Source of the DNA: Adineta vaga
Taxonomy: Eukaryota; Animalia; Rotifera
Direction: 5' to 3'
Length of the DNA stretch: 64,000 bases
NCBI GenBank assembly: GCA_021613535.1
Contig: CP075495.1
Span: 11,222,001-11,286,000 of the forward strand
Below the pieces are notes generated by a model. The model was not told the origin of the DNA. It searched no databases and worked only from the letters and a program-made list of their open reading frames with translations. Positions 53,373 through 64,000 of this stretch are shown piece by piece (the stretch's first letter is position 1; the number at the start of each line of letters is the position of its first letter). The position numbers and the translations under genes are program-made.

Positions 53373-54526
53373 CGTTCGTAAATGACGATTGGTTCGTAAA
53401 GCATAGATAACAATTGCATTGCCAAGAACAGTTACCAGAGAAAGAGTAAACATAGCTACAGCCAAACATATATTATAAATTATAGATGAATTCGTCATGA
53501 AATTGTTTTTGAAAGTTTTCTTAATTCCATTAAGTTCATTATCAAAATATCTGAGAAATAAAAAAGCAAATGAATGAAAGAAAAGTCACTACAAGTTCAT
53601 ATTGTGTTAGGTTCAAACAGTTTATCAAAAAGAACATGAAAATAAATGAGACGTGAAGAATTCTTGCATCAGTTATGAATTATTTAAAGAAAATTTTTTA
53701 CCTTAATGTAATTCTAGTTTTAGAACAGTCACGATACAAATTATTTATTGTCTTTCTATTTAATATTAATATATTTTTAAGATGAAGTCAAACGGAAATT
53801 AAAATAATCCTTGCACGAAATGTAAATTTTCTCGAGATCTATGGAGTATTTTCTTCGGAATTTCTTTTTAAATTCATAATATTCATAGATCTATTAATGT
53901 TGAAAATTTGATTTATTCTCTCAATCTAATAAGAAAGACACCGTTTTATGAGCAAGTTCAAAAAATTTATATAAAAAAAAGGAATTTGTCGTTTCACTTT
54001 GTTTTCTTCTGATAGAATCATGTTGAATGTATTTTGCACTCCTATCGAGTGTTTTCACTAAATCTCTATGACTTCTAATTATTTTTATTTCTTTTTGAAA
54101 TTTTATTCTCTATTATTGTTATTACGACTGAGATCAAATGTCAGTATCTAATAAAAATGCAGACATATGCATTACACTATAAGAATTCAAATTGAAGACA
54201 AGAGTATACCCACTGGAAATACCCCATACATCAAACTGAATACTAATTATGGAACTGGAGTATCTACATTCGTTTTTAAGTACAACTATTCATGTATAGC
54301 GAGAAATGTCGTAGGACAATCATTACTACTAACTTTTATCACACAGAATGAAGAAATATGAACCTACTTACAATGTACATTCATTTAATGATTTGAGTGT
54401 TTCATTAATATCAATAAAAAGATCATTATCATCGAGTATATCATATGGAAAAAATATAGAATAGAGTTTGGTTGTTGTGTTGATATTCATTGATGATGAA
54501 TAAGAGATAGTCGATGTTGCCATCAT
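53373..54526 (-). CDS. Alternative 5' coding exons (N-terminus + TM1 + ICL1) for the GPCR
   Basis: Exon 54526-54372 (155 nt, MMATSTISY..NECT) and exon 53550-53373 (178 nt, ..ICLAVAMFTLSLVTVLGNAIVIYALRTNRHLRT) join in phase and end at a phase-0 GT donor compatible with the TM2 exon starting at 50784. Confidence 0.8.
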
Positions 54527-56349
54527 TGTATCAATAACTCGCAAAATGAGTACAATCTATTACTAACGTGGCAATGTTCAGTCGTAAATCATTGCTTTTG
54601 CTTTAATAGATATGACGTTAACTGAGTACATAAGAAAAGAAAAGTGAAAATAGAGAACAGAGAGGAAACTTCTTTTCTATATTTGTTATTCATTGTATGC
54701 GATAGCGGATGAACATTAGTCGTAAAATGGCTTAGATTAAAATCAGAATGATGTCTATCCTTAGAACAAATCATATTCTAGAATAACATTAATGAGAAGA
54801 ACCTGAATTCAATTCACTTTTCATCATACTTTAGATCGAAATAGCGATCTCATTTGACGGTTAAAAAACTTTCTTTCTCTTAATCAATCAATCAATCAAT
54901 CAATCAATTCTTTTCTATTTCCTTTATCTCTCCTCTTGTGCTTTCACTCGTTAATGATAGTAAGGTTCTATTCTCGCAAGGTTACAATGTGACTATGGAT
55001 TCTTTTCCTCTTTGTATTGAAAAACTTCATAAAATACAAATAAATGAAGAATTTTCATTAGAAAACACTTTTATCTTCATCTATATTCATTGATCTCATA
55101 AATCATATCATAAAAGTATATCAAATGATGATTTATATTCAATCATATTTTTATTTGTCACTTTAATTTATTCGGATTCAAATAAATAGCTTCTCTAGAA
55201 AACAATTCTACTTTCATGATTAGTTAATATAAGATTAGATCTAGGTTTATGACATCTCAAACTTGTGATATGTCAATCTGTCGAATCTTTTTCTTTGAGA
55301 ATGTTATCGGTAGTAGTTATGAATAGAGAAAAACAATGAAATATACTTGGAAGAAATAGAAGATGATGATACACGTTTGCGTATAAAAAAAGGATGATTT
55401 TACAATAGTTCATAGGATCTTATCTATCCGAAAGAAAATTATTCAGATAGAATATTCCAAAAAGCCAAGAGTTATCATTTCTGTTTTTTAAATGTTTTAA
55501 GTAAACTCGTGTTTAACAAAGTCTTTTTTTTATAGATGAGAAGTATCTACATTGTTCTATATGAAAAAAGTTTGATTATATAATAAACTAATGATTCACT
55601 GAACTAAAATATAATCAAACCTTCTCTTTTGATTTATTACTGATACTTTCATAATCATGATGTGTTCGAATCAGCATTCTCCTCTTACTTTGAAGTAGAA
55701 CATACGACTCATGATAGATGATGCATATTATATAAGACAAGATGAGTGAATCTATTTATCATACAATAAAAAATTCTGGTTTCTAATGCAGTACGAATGA
55801 TAATATATTTCTAAATATCATATGAAAGTGTTATTTTATTAATTAGATGTCGATGATTAATACAGATGAATAGATTTCTCTTTTCTAAATAAGATTTTTC
55901 AAGGAAAGAAGCAGAAAAAAGAGTTGAAAACGATACATGATATATATGAGATTCTTTTTTTAACATAAAATTTTTAGAAAATCATGAATTTATCAAAGAA
56001 TCTTTTGTTCCCTATAATCATTATACAGGCACAGAGTTTATTCTTCTTGATAATTATTGACTGTGTATATATTACAAAAGACAAAAAGAATCTTTTTCAT
56101 TTATTTTTAACTAAGTAGTACATGTGGAATTTCATGATAAATGATATATTAGTGAAATTTAGTAGATTTATATTGTAGAAAAGTTTGATGTTTTTTATTA
56201 GATTATAATATCAAAAATAGAATATGCTTTGTATCGTTCATGGAAAAAACTCGATCTGATTGAAACCAAAACGATCATAAATATACAATATCATGATAAA
56301 AGGCATAGATATTGTTCGATGAATGTTATACTGTATTACAATTGATAGT

Positions 56350-56983
56350 TTATTCATGAAGATTTTTATCATACCATAGAAGAAAAGCTCCTTGACTCAT
56401 TGCTTGTTCATTTGACTGAAGTAATTGAATAGTTAAGTTTCATCCAAAAAAATATAAATCTTTAGAAGGAAAATGCTCACGTCTAATTTCAATTGAGATG
56501 ATGACGAATCATGTTTCTTTGCATCTTTATTCACTTTGGTTACAATTGTTTTGATTTTTTGACGTAAATTTTCTTCATCTTTTCTTGATAGCGATGTCTC
56601 TTGAATCACCTTATTGTATAGAGAGTAGATGAAAGTCTATTTGGTAAAAACAAACTATAATATTTACCTTGTCCATCAGATCTTCCATATGTCGAGCAAT
56701 CTTTTGTTGTTCTACAAGTCTTTCATGTTTTCGATTTTGTGCTAGAGTTTTACGTTGAAGTTTATCCGATCGATTTTCAACAAAAATAGCAGCTTTGGTG
56801 TGTGGTACAACAACAGCCATATTGACTAAATCTTGTGCATTTTTGTCATCAACTTGAGCATCAATTATTTCTTTTCTTTTATTACGATGTATTAGTTTTG
56901 TTGTTACTAGTAATTATATATTGGTGCTCGTACAACTAACATATAAAAAGGAACGGATTACCGATGTGAGCACCAGCAAACAT
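56350..56983 (-). CDS. Hypothetical small basic coiled-coil protein, four exons
   Basis: MFAGAHI|VTTKLIHRNKRKE..MEDLMDK|VIQETSLSRKDEE..LKLD|SNEQAMSQGAFLLWYDKNLHE* joins through GT-AG introns. Confidence 0.65.
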
Positions 56984-57227
56984 GATTGTACGCTGAATGT
57001 GAGAGAATACAACAATTACCGATAAATCGACGAGAATTATACAAGAGCGCGGTTATACTTATCAACAAAAAACAACATTTTTATTTTACAATAGATGAGA
57101 CTTCCTTAATAGTATTGATTTCGTTCTTATTTTTACAATATAACTGCAATGACATCTTTATCCATTTTAACATGATAGTTTTTATATTCAAATAACAGGG
57201 TACAAAAATAGTTCATAGATTGTTATT

Positions 57228-58067
57228 TTATACTTCATTTTTATGTGTTATTTTTAGAAGATCAGAGATAAAATCAACTTGATTTATACTAACTCTTTCT
57301 CGTACTATTTGTTTTAGTTCATACGGATGTAAACAACGTTTCCATATACAAACGTCAAATAACGAACCATCCCATGGTCTAGCACGACAATGTGAACCTA
57401 ACCATATAGAAGAATAAGATGCAATAGATACATTATCCTTGTTAATATTGTTTTGTAGTGGCCAATCACCAATCAGATTACCATTTATATATAAATAAAG
57501 TTTTTCCGTTTCCTTGATAACAATGGCTATATGGTACCATTTACCCGCTTCCAAAGAAAACTTACTATTAAGTATATGGTTTTGTGTATACGTACATTTA
57601 ATTAATAAATAATCTTTTTCCGATGTGCCATCTTGATAAAATCCCACGTAGCCAAGATGGAAATGCCACAAAAGAAGAATCGTTTCATCACGAGTTACCG
57701 TCAAATGTGATGCACAACGACACCACATTGTTATCGTTATGTTAGTTAATGGACAGTTCTTGATATCTTGTTTTAAATCTTTTCTACTCTCATGAATATC
57801 TAAACATGGAATTGCGAAATTTGGATTGATATCGAGAAACGAATCGCAGCCGTGTGATGTTCTTTGATTGATCAATAAATGATGATAAACAATAAAACGA
57901 AATTGATATTTCAAGGAATATATTTTTTTTAGGAATTCTTGTGTCCATAATATTTTATACCATCTTTTACATGTTAAGATCACAGGAGATAGATCAATTA
58001 ATGAACTTTTTGATAGATCAACAAATATTTTGAATAATAATTCATCAGGTAAATCATTTAACTCCAT
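57228..58067 (-). CDS. F-box protein fused to a LamG/concanavalin A-like (Laminin_G_3-type) domain
   Basis: LNDLPDELLFKIF..LTCKRWY (F-box); TITMWC, GKWYHIAIV, LYLYING, IWLG, WDGSLFDVCIWKRCLHPYELKQI (LamG-like); intronless CDS. Confidence 0.85.
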   Translation of the reverse strand: MELNDLPDELLFKIFVDLSKSSLIDLSPVILTCKRWYKILWTQEFLKKIYSLKYQFRFIVYHHLLINQRTSHGCDSFLDINPNFAIPCLDIHESRKDLKQDIKNCPLTNITITMWCRCASHLTVTRDETILLLWHFHLGYVGFYQDGTSEKDYLLIKCTYTQNHILNSKFSLEAGKWYHIAIVIKETEKLYLYINGNLIGDWPLQNNINKDNVSIASYSSIWLGSHCRARPWDGSLFDVCIWKRCLHPYELKQIVRERVSINQVDFISDLLKITHKNEV

Positions 58068-58176
58068 TTCAAAACTGACAAAAGAACAATATTGTCATGT
58101 CTTGAGTTTAGGTTTACTATTTATTATGTGAATAATAAATTGATCGAATATAATAGAAAACCCATCAGTATATATA

Positions 58177-59489
58177 CAGTGGTGTGAAAAATTATAGAAT
58201 CACGTCGCTACAATCAATGCTTTGTCTCAGCTTGACCCATATGAGTTCTCAAAAGTAATCGAGTCTGTATTACTTTGTACATTTAGACATGCTCTATCTA
58301 AACATATAATCAGCTTTTCGGAAATCAACGGTTAAGTTGGAGAGAGAAGCTATTTCTAAGAATTCATTAGTTTCTGGCTGTGAAAAATTATAGAATCACT
58401 TCACTGTTTATCGTTCTCTTATATCGACTCGACTTCGGTTTGGATTGTAAACTACATTTATGGATAGTGCTCCTCGAGATGTACACTTTCATTTAAAAAA
58501 ATGTGGGAAAACATTTATATTAAACCTGTAAACGAGGTATTAATCTTTAAGCCAAAATGGCTGGAAAGCACCATATGATGACAGGATTCTGAAGTGTGTG
58601 AGGAGAATAGAAATGGAATTCAGATTTTGTGTTCAGAGTTCTATGGAGAGCATATTTGGCAACAAGATGGAGCATTCAGAAAGTCAAAGAATCATTTTCT
58701 CTTCCATTTGAGTACGGTAACATGGAATATTACTGAGATCGAAAAAATATCGAATTCATATGTGACTATAGGCGCGTCATTTTTTTGTCGTATACATATG
58801 TATTTTCGAATATAACGTTAATCTACACTGTGAATACACGTATACTTTAGGACGCATGAAAAAAAAGACATTATTTTCAAGAGAAAGGATTATCTGCAGG
58901 ACTTCCTAGTAATGCCCTTTTTTATCCAAACGATATGTTCCCTTGTGAGCGTCATGAGATGAACGAGGAAATAATTGATCGACCTTCTGAATGCTCCACC
59001 TTGTTGCCAAATATGCTCTCCATAGAACTCTGAACACAAAATCTGAATTCCATTTCTATTCTCCTCACACACTTCAGAATCCTGTCATCATATGGTGCTT
59101 TCCAGCCATTTTGGCTTAAAGATTAATACCTCGTTTACAGGTTTAATATAAATGTTTTCCCACATTTTTTTAAATGAAAGTGTACATCTCGAGGAGCACT
59201 ATCCATAAATGTAGTTTACAATCCAAACCGAAGTCGAGTCGATATAAGAGAACGATAAACAGTGAAGTGATTCTATAATTTTTCACAGCCAGAAACTAAT
59301 GAATTTTTAGAAATAGCTTCTCTCTCCAACTTAACCGTTGATTTCCGAAAAGCTGATTATATGTTTAGATAGAGCATGTCTAAATGTACAAAGTAATACA
59401 GACTCGATTACTTTTGAGAACTCATATGGGTCAAGCTGAGACAAAGCATTGATTGTAGCGACGTGATTCTATAATTTTTCACACCACTG
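58177..59489. mobile_element. Non-autonomous Tc1/mariner (IR/DR-type) element with near-perfect inverted arms of about 508 bp
   Basis: TA|CAGTGGTGTGAAAAATTATAGAATCAC ... GTGATTCTATAATTTTTCACACCACTG|TA. Arms 58177-~58684 and ~58982-59489 differ at only a few positions; a 21-bp direct repeat occurs twice per arm (58183, 58379). Confidence 0.95.
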
Positions 59490-60189
59490 TATATATACAG
59501 ATAAGAAAAGGAAAGATCCCAAGTTAAGAACCTAGAACCTGTATGGAATATACCAAAGGGAATATTCCTATAGTAACGAGAAAGAGAAAAGACGATAATG
59601 ACATCTGTAGAAAAACAGACATCAGTTTATGTTACTATATCACAAATATCAAGAGATGTTTTTACCCAGTCAAGTCAACGTCATTTTTCTTACTCTTTCT
59701 CTTTCTTTCTTTCTTCATCGAATCAGAGCTTTACGTGGCAGTCCCCATTCCCTCCCATGGAACAAAAGTTTTTTGTAAAACGTCCAATGATATGGGACGA
59801 GACAAAATACTTTTGGAGATCTTTTCCACTATGGGAGGGGAGACAAGGACAAGTATTTCTGTAAAGATTCTCTATTTGCCGAAAATATTCTATTAGCATA
59901 GATGTCTCTCTTAATCACTCTATTGATGATGAAATGAAGAGTTTTTGACTCATAACAGTGTTTGAATTATATACAAAGTGATGGAGTGAGATGCAATGGG
60001 ATAAAAAAATCCATCTCATTCCATGAGACACATTTCCCTTCACTTAATGCTACCTTTTTCTTTAAAATCCTATCATATGATTTAGTGTTATTGTCAAAAC
60101 TACGTATGCTTTCTCTTCCCGATTGTAGAATCAAAATGTATCTTTATTCACATGAATAAACAGAAAAAAGCAAAAAATGTCTTCTGTAT

Positions 60190-62323
60190 TTACTGTTTTC
60201 CTCCTGTCATTGAAGCTGATCTAGAAATACAAATGGAAAAGAATAAATAGTAGCAATGTAGCACTAACTTACGCTTTGAGTAAATGTGATAAATTATCCA
60301 CAAGAATATCCATATTTTTAAGTTTAAGATATAAATATAAATGAATGAGAACGAGTAAAGCAATTCTAAGAAAGAAAATATTTAACTTATAAATATAAAC
60401 AAAGATTTTCATACATAATTGTAAATAAATACATCGCTTGATATGGATAGCAAAATGATGTAGTCGAAGGATGAATATCTAGTTCTAAATATTCAAATTA
60501 AAAGAAATTTTCCTATCGATTGACCATACTTTTCTTTTCATCGCTGATGGTTTTATGTACCGATTCATAAGATAATGCATCATGTCGACTCATTCGACGA
60601 CTACGTTCGTTAGATGCTACTGGAACATCCAATGAAACTTCGCTTCGACTTAAACGAGGTTTTGCTTCAGAATAAACAAAAATATATTAAAATTCAAATC
60701 AGATTAAAAGATTTACTCATAGTAATATCGGTGATTAAATTCAAACGATTATCTAAAAATGAATAGTCCTGTTATCATTATAGAAATGTATTAGGTATGT
60801 ATAGATTTACTTAAATCTTTGAGACTTTCTGTTGATGATGAAAAAGCATTTCGTTCAATTAATTCTAATTGAAAATAAAGAGAAATTTTCATAAAAAAAT
60901 TGCGAGAAAAACAGAAGATACAAACGTTTCATCAAACTATTCATTGATTTGCAAAATCGAACTTCAGCAGTAACACGAAAATGTGTTGTCGTTATAGATG
61001 TTTGTACAAGACAATAACGCATACATAAACAAAATGTATCACTGAATTTAACACCTTCATTGCATACTTCAGTTTCAAGGACGTAATGAGAACCAGAAAC
61101 TTCATAAATTAATGTCTAAAATGGGAGGAAAGAATATTTTAGTTTTTCTTTTAGTCTATAAGTTAAATTTGTTTCTATTATTTATGATACTCATTCTTCA
61201 ACATTTTCAAAATAATTTATCGTCTAAAGATAACAACCTTTTCATAGATGCAATGTTTGAAAGACTTTTATATGTTTTCTTTAATGTCAGTAAAAAGATA
61301 ATCATGATCTTGATACATTTTTTACAATGAAAAAACGATCTTTTAAGTCAAAATACATCTATGATTTATTGTACAATCTATTTTTGATACAGAAGTTATA
61401 GTTATAATCTTTCAGTTCATTTCATCAGATCTATCTAATCAATTTGTTTATAATTCTATTGCTAGAATATTAGTATTATAATGCATCACCTGGAAAGAAC
61501 AGTACGACCTCTGTACAATAAGTATTTACAAGTACGTCATACGATTTTAAGACAAAACAACAATCTCCTTCATACGGCATCAAAGTACGCACTATTCATT
61601 TTAAAGAACACAACAAATCATTTCTATAACAGATCAAACATCAAGTGTTCTATTTGTAGAAAAATGACGATTGAATTCACCTTAGTTTGTCTATTATATG
61701 TTGATTTTAAAAATTATCTTACCTGTTTTTCACGTGTTGTAATAATACCTTTTCCTGCTAATGATGAATTGTAAGGTAATTTAAAGTTCAATATTCTTTC
61801 ACGACATTTTGTTTCTTCATTAACATTCCAATCAGTTGCACTGTCGTCTAAATGATTCATTGTTAATCTATCTTCGAAATAAACTCAACTTTATTCATAC
61901 CATAAATATTTTGTGCTTGTCGATGTGTTCGAACAAATTCATTTGTACCAAATATTAAATCAAATAATTTATCCACAGTTAAATTGTAGGTATGTTCAGT
62001 TAATTGTTTATCATAATGTGTTGCACATGGACATTCATTTCGAAAGATCATATGACGATCAGCTGATGAAGATCGTGTATTTAAACTATATTGACTATCA
62101 AGTTGTACGAATTGATTTTGTTTCTTTTTATCGTTTTTAGACTTATTTGATTTTCTTGAATTGTGAAGAACTTCATCCAATGGATTGCCTTCATCATCAC
62201 TAACTGTAGCTATCTAAATAATTCAAATGAAAAATAAGTTCGACAATGATTCGCTATTGAAGCGAAAGAAACAAATCTCACATTTCGTTTTGATTTTACA
62301 CGTTTCTTTATTGAAAAAGCCAT
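60190..62323 (-). CDS. VASt (StART-like sterol transfer) domain protein with C-terminal TM, GRAMD1/Aster-related
   Basis: YNLTVDKLFDLIFG, DWN, RERILNF, TTREKQ, YVLETEVCNEGVKFSDTFCLCMRYCL, FRVTAEVRF; the C-terminal hydrophobic helix is assembled from short exons. Confidence 0.85.
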
Positions 62324-62951
62324 GTTGTTGAAAAACAAATTCTATTTGTTTGCTAGGCTGCTTGTTATTCAACAGATATTCACATACACCAGTGCTCACT
62401 CTTTTATACGAGACTTCTTTTATTTCCCTACTCTCCGTTCTTTTTCGTCGTCAATAGTAAGAAGAGAAAAGAAGAAAAAAAGAAAGAGAGGTAGAAAATG
62501 TCGCTAAGCGTGTCATACAACGATTGTATTCGAAATATTTTATAGAATAAAATAAAAGGAAATCAATTTCTATCGAATAGAATATATAAAATAAATATGT
62601 ATCATATTGATTGTTTGATATGCGACTGTCATGGAGAAGTTTTCTGGTTATAGTTAGTTAATGAATTTATATGAATGAAGTAAAAGATTCATAGTAGATG
62701 CTCTATAGATGTTATGTAAAATTTGAAATGTTGCAAGAATAAGTATTGTCGCACTCTTTTAACTCTTAGAAAAAGAAACTCAAGGTTATATTGTTCCCGA
62801 TTTCCATATTATTTTATAGAAACAATGATAGAAAAACAGAACACACAAAGATTATTGTTATTCTTAGAGTATTTTCATTCCGTACCTTAAAAATCATACA
62901 TAAAAACATATATGAATATTCAAGTTTTTTCTCTCTCTCTCGTAAGTAATT

Positions 62952-64000
62952 CTATTTGAGTGTATTCAACAGATTCCATATTTTTTGACGCATAACACTT
63001 GTCGCACCATTATAATTATTTGTTATAATTGAAAAAACCTGGTCATTAATATACCCAGAATACGAGAGTACATTACTAATGAAACCACTTTTCATTCGAA
63101 TTCCATTTATTATTGGCAATGCACGTTCAAACGATGAAAACCATGATGCACGTTCTCGAACATTATGTAGAACACGAACGATTGCCCATGTTGTTATACG
63201 ATTTTGTGGCGATAAACCTGATCCATCTCTAGTAGCAACTGCTGTTGGTTCAATACCATGTTCACTATTACAGTATGTCGGTAGAACACGATTCATACTT
63301 GTATTCATCATATTAGCAATAGTTTTTATCAACACCTCACCATACATATTGATGCTTATTTGTTCAAACCAATAGACTATCTCACTCATCGGTGGTGATT
63401 CATATACATCGAGCATTATTCGGTTATTAGTTACGCCTTCATTAGTACGATAGCTAATTTTAATTGGCATGGATTTTGACCATTGCATACTTTGACGAAG
63501 TTCATCAGCAATGAATAATGCTGAATTCGGTACAGCACCTCCAATAGAGAAATTTTGTGGGGAATCAATACCTAAAGATCCACGTAAATAACCATGATTA
63601 CTATCAGGACCTAAATAAACATCAGCAAGATCTCCGCTACCAACAGAACCCGTGATCAGCTCATTTGTAAATGTTACTGATGGTGGTAAATTTTGATAGC
63701 CAACAAGAGTAACAGGACTTCCAACAGTTGAGCCGGGTGAAAGAAAAAGACGAAATTGATTTTCTCTCCAGTTCAGTGCACTACTGCCAGCTGCATAATA
63801 GTTTCTAAAATAAAATGCATTCTGTTAAAAACGACATAGCATTAAATTAGTTTTTTTACCCTAAGCCACCCCATGGATATCCATCCGGTACCGATTGTGT
63901 TTGGCCTGGCCACACACTTAGATCTACAATGATACCTCGACATTCTTTAATTCCTTTCCTTCTTATAGCATTTAGCCAACGTTCCATGATAATTTCACCT
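62952..64000 (-). CDS. dacB: D-alanyl-D-alanine carboxypeptidase/endopeptidase (peptidase S13, PBP4/DacB family), 5' part outside the window
   Basis: WGGLG|NYYAAGSSALNWREN, YESPPMSEIV, SINMYGE (SxN), DGSGLSPQNRIT, MKSG (KTG-like), SYSGY; spliceosomal intron 63805-63859. Confidence 0.92.

Noticed and set aside
54882-54908. (ATCA)n tract, and (TA)n or (GA)n tracts elsewhere
   Set aside because: Ordinary microsatellites; no spacer structure, so not CRISPR-like.
58594-59072. Pair of similar small ORFs on opposite strands
   Set aside because: They are mirror images produced by the transposon's inverted arms, not genes.
59741-59851. Short imperfect inverted repeat (ccctcccat / atgggaggg)
   Set aside because: Too short and degenerate to call a MITE or RNA without other copies.
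1-64000. Prokaryotic contig, operon or viral origin for the bacterial-like genes and the RdRP
   Set aside because: Spliceosomal introns occur throughout, and the RdRP is of the cellular DLDGD type rather than the viral GDD type.

Overview
AT-rich eukaryotic DNA with compact genes and many short (about 50-60 nt) GT-AG introns. Core animal genes (RNA polymerase I subunit 2, aminergic GPCR, BTB-BACK, MAIP1-like, PTC7-like PP2C, VASt-domain protein) are mixed with genes of non-metazoan families. Four of these carry introns (PA-domain M28 aminopeptidase, FkbM methyltransferase, P3A plasma-membrane H+-ATPase, peptidase S13/DacB); the visible part of a fifth, DUF2237, is intronless. This mixture most resembles a bdelloid rotifer (inference from style and content, not from a search). 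The window also holds a cellular RNA-dependent RNA polymerase, two F-box genes (one fused to a LamG/ConA-like domain), two identical tRNA-Ser(GCT) genes with genome-encoded CCA, a young palindromic Tc1-like element and an older decayed MITE. Main observations the ORF track misses: (1) a second, phase-compatible N-terminus+TM1 module for the histamine-H1-like GPCR; (2) a roughly 180-nt G-U-rich structured RNA candidate next to the RdRP gene; (3) a start codon split by an intron in the H+-ATPase; (4) spliced genes for a tandem-KH protein, a TIL inhibitor and an NPxY-tailed type I membrane protein. All gene models and family calls were read by eye and have not been checked by any search.
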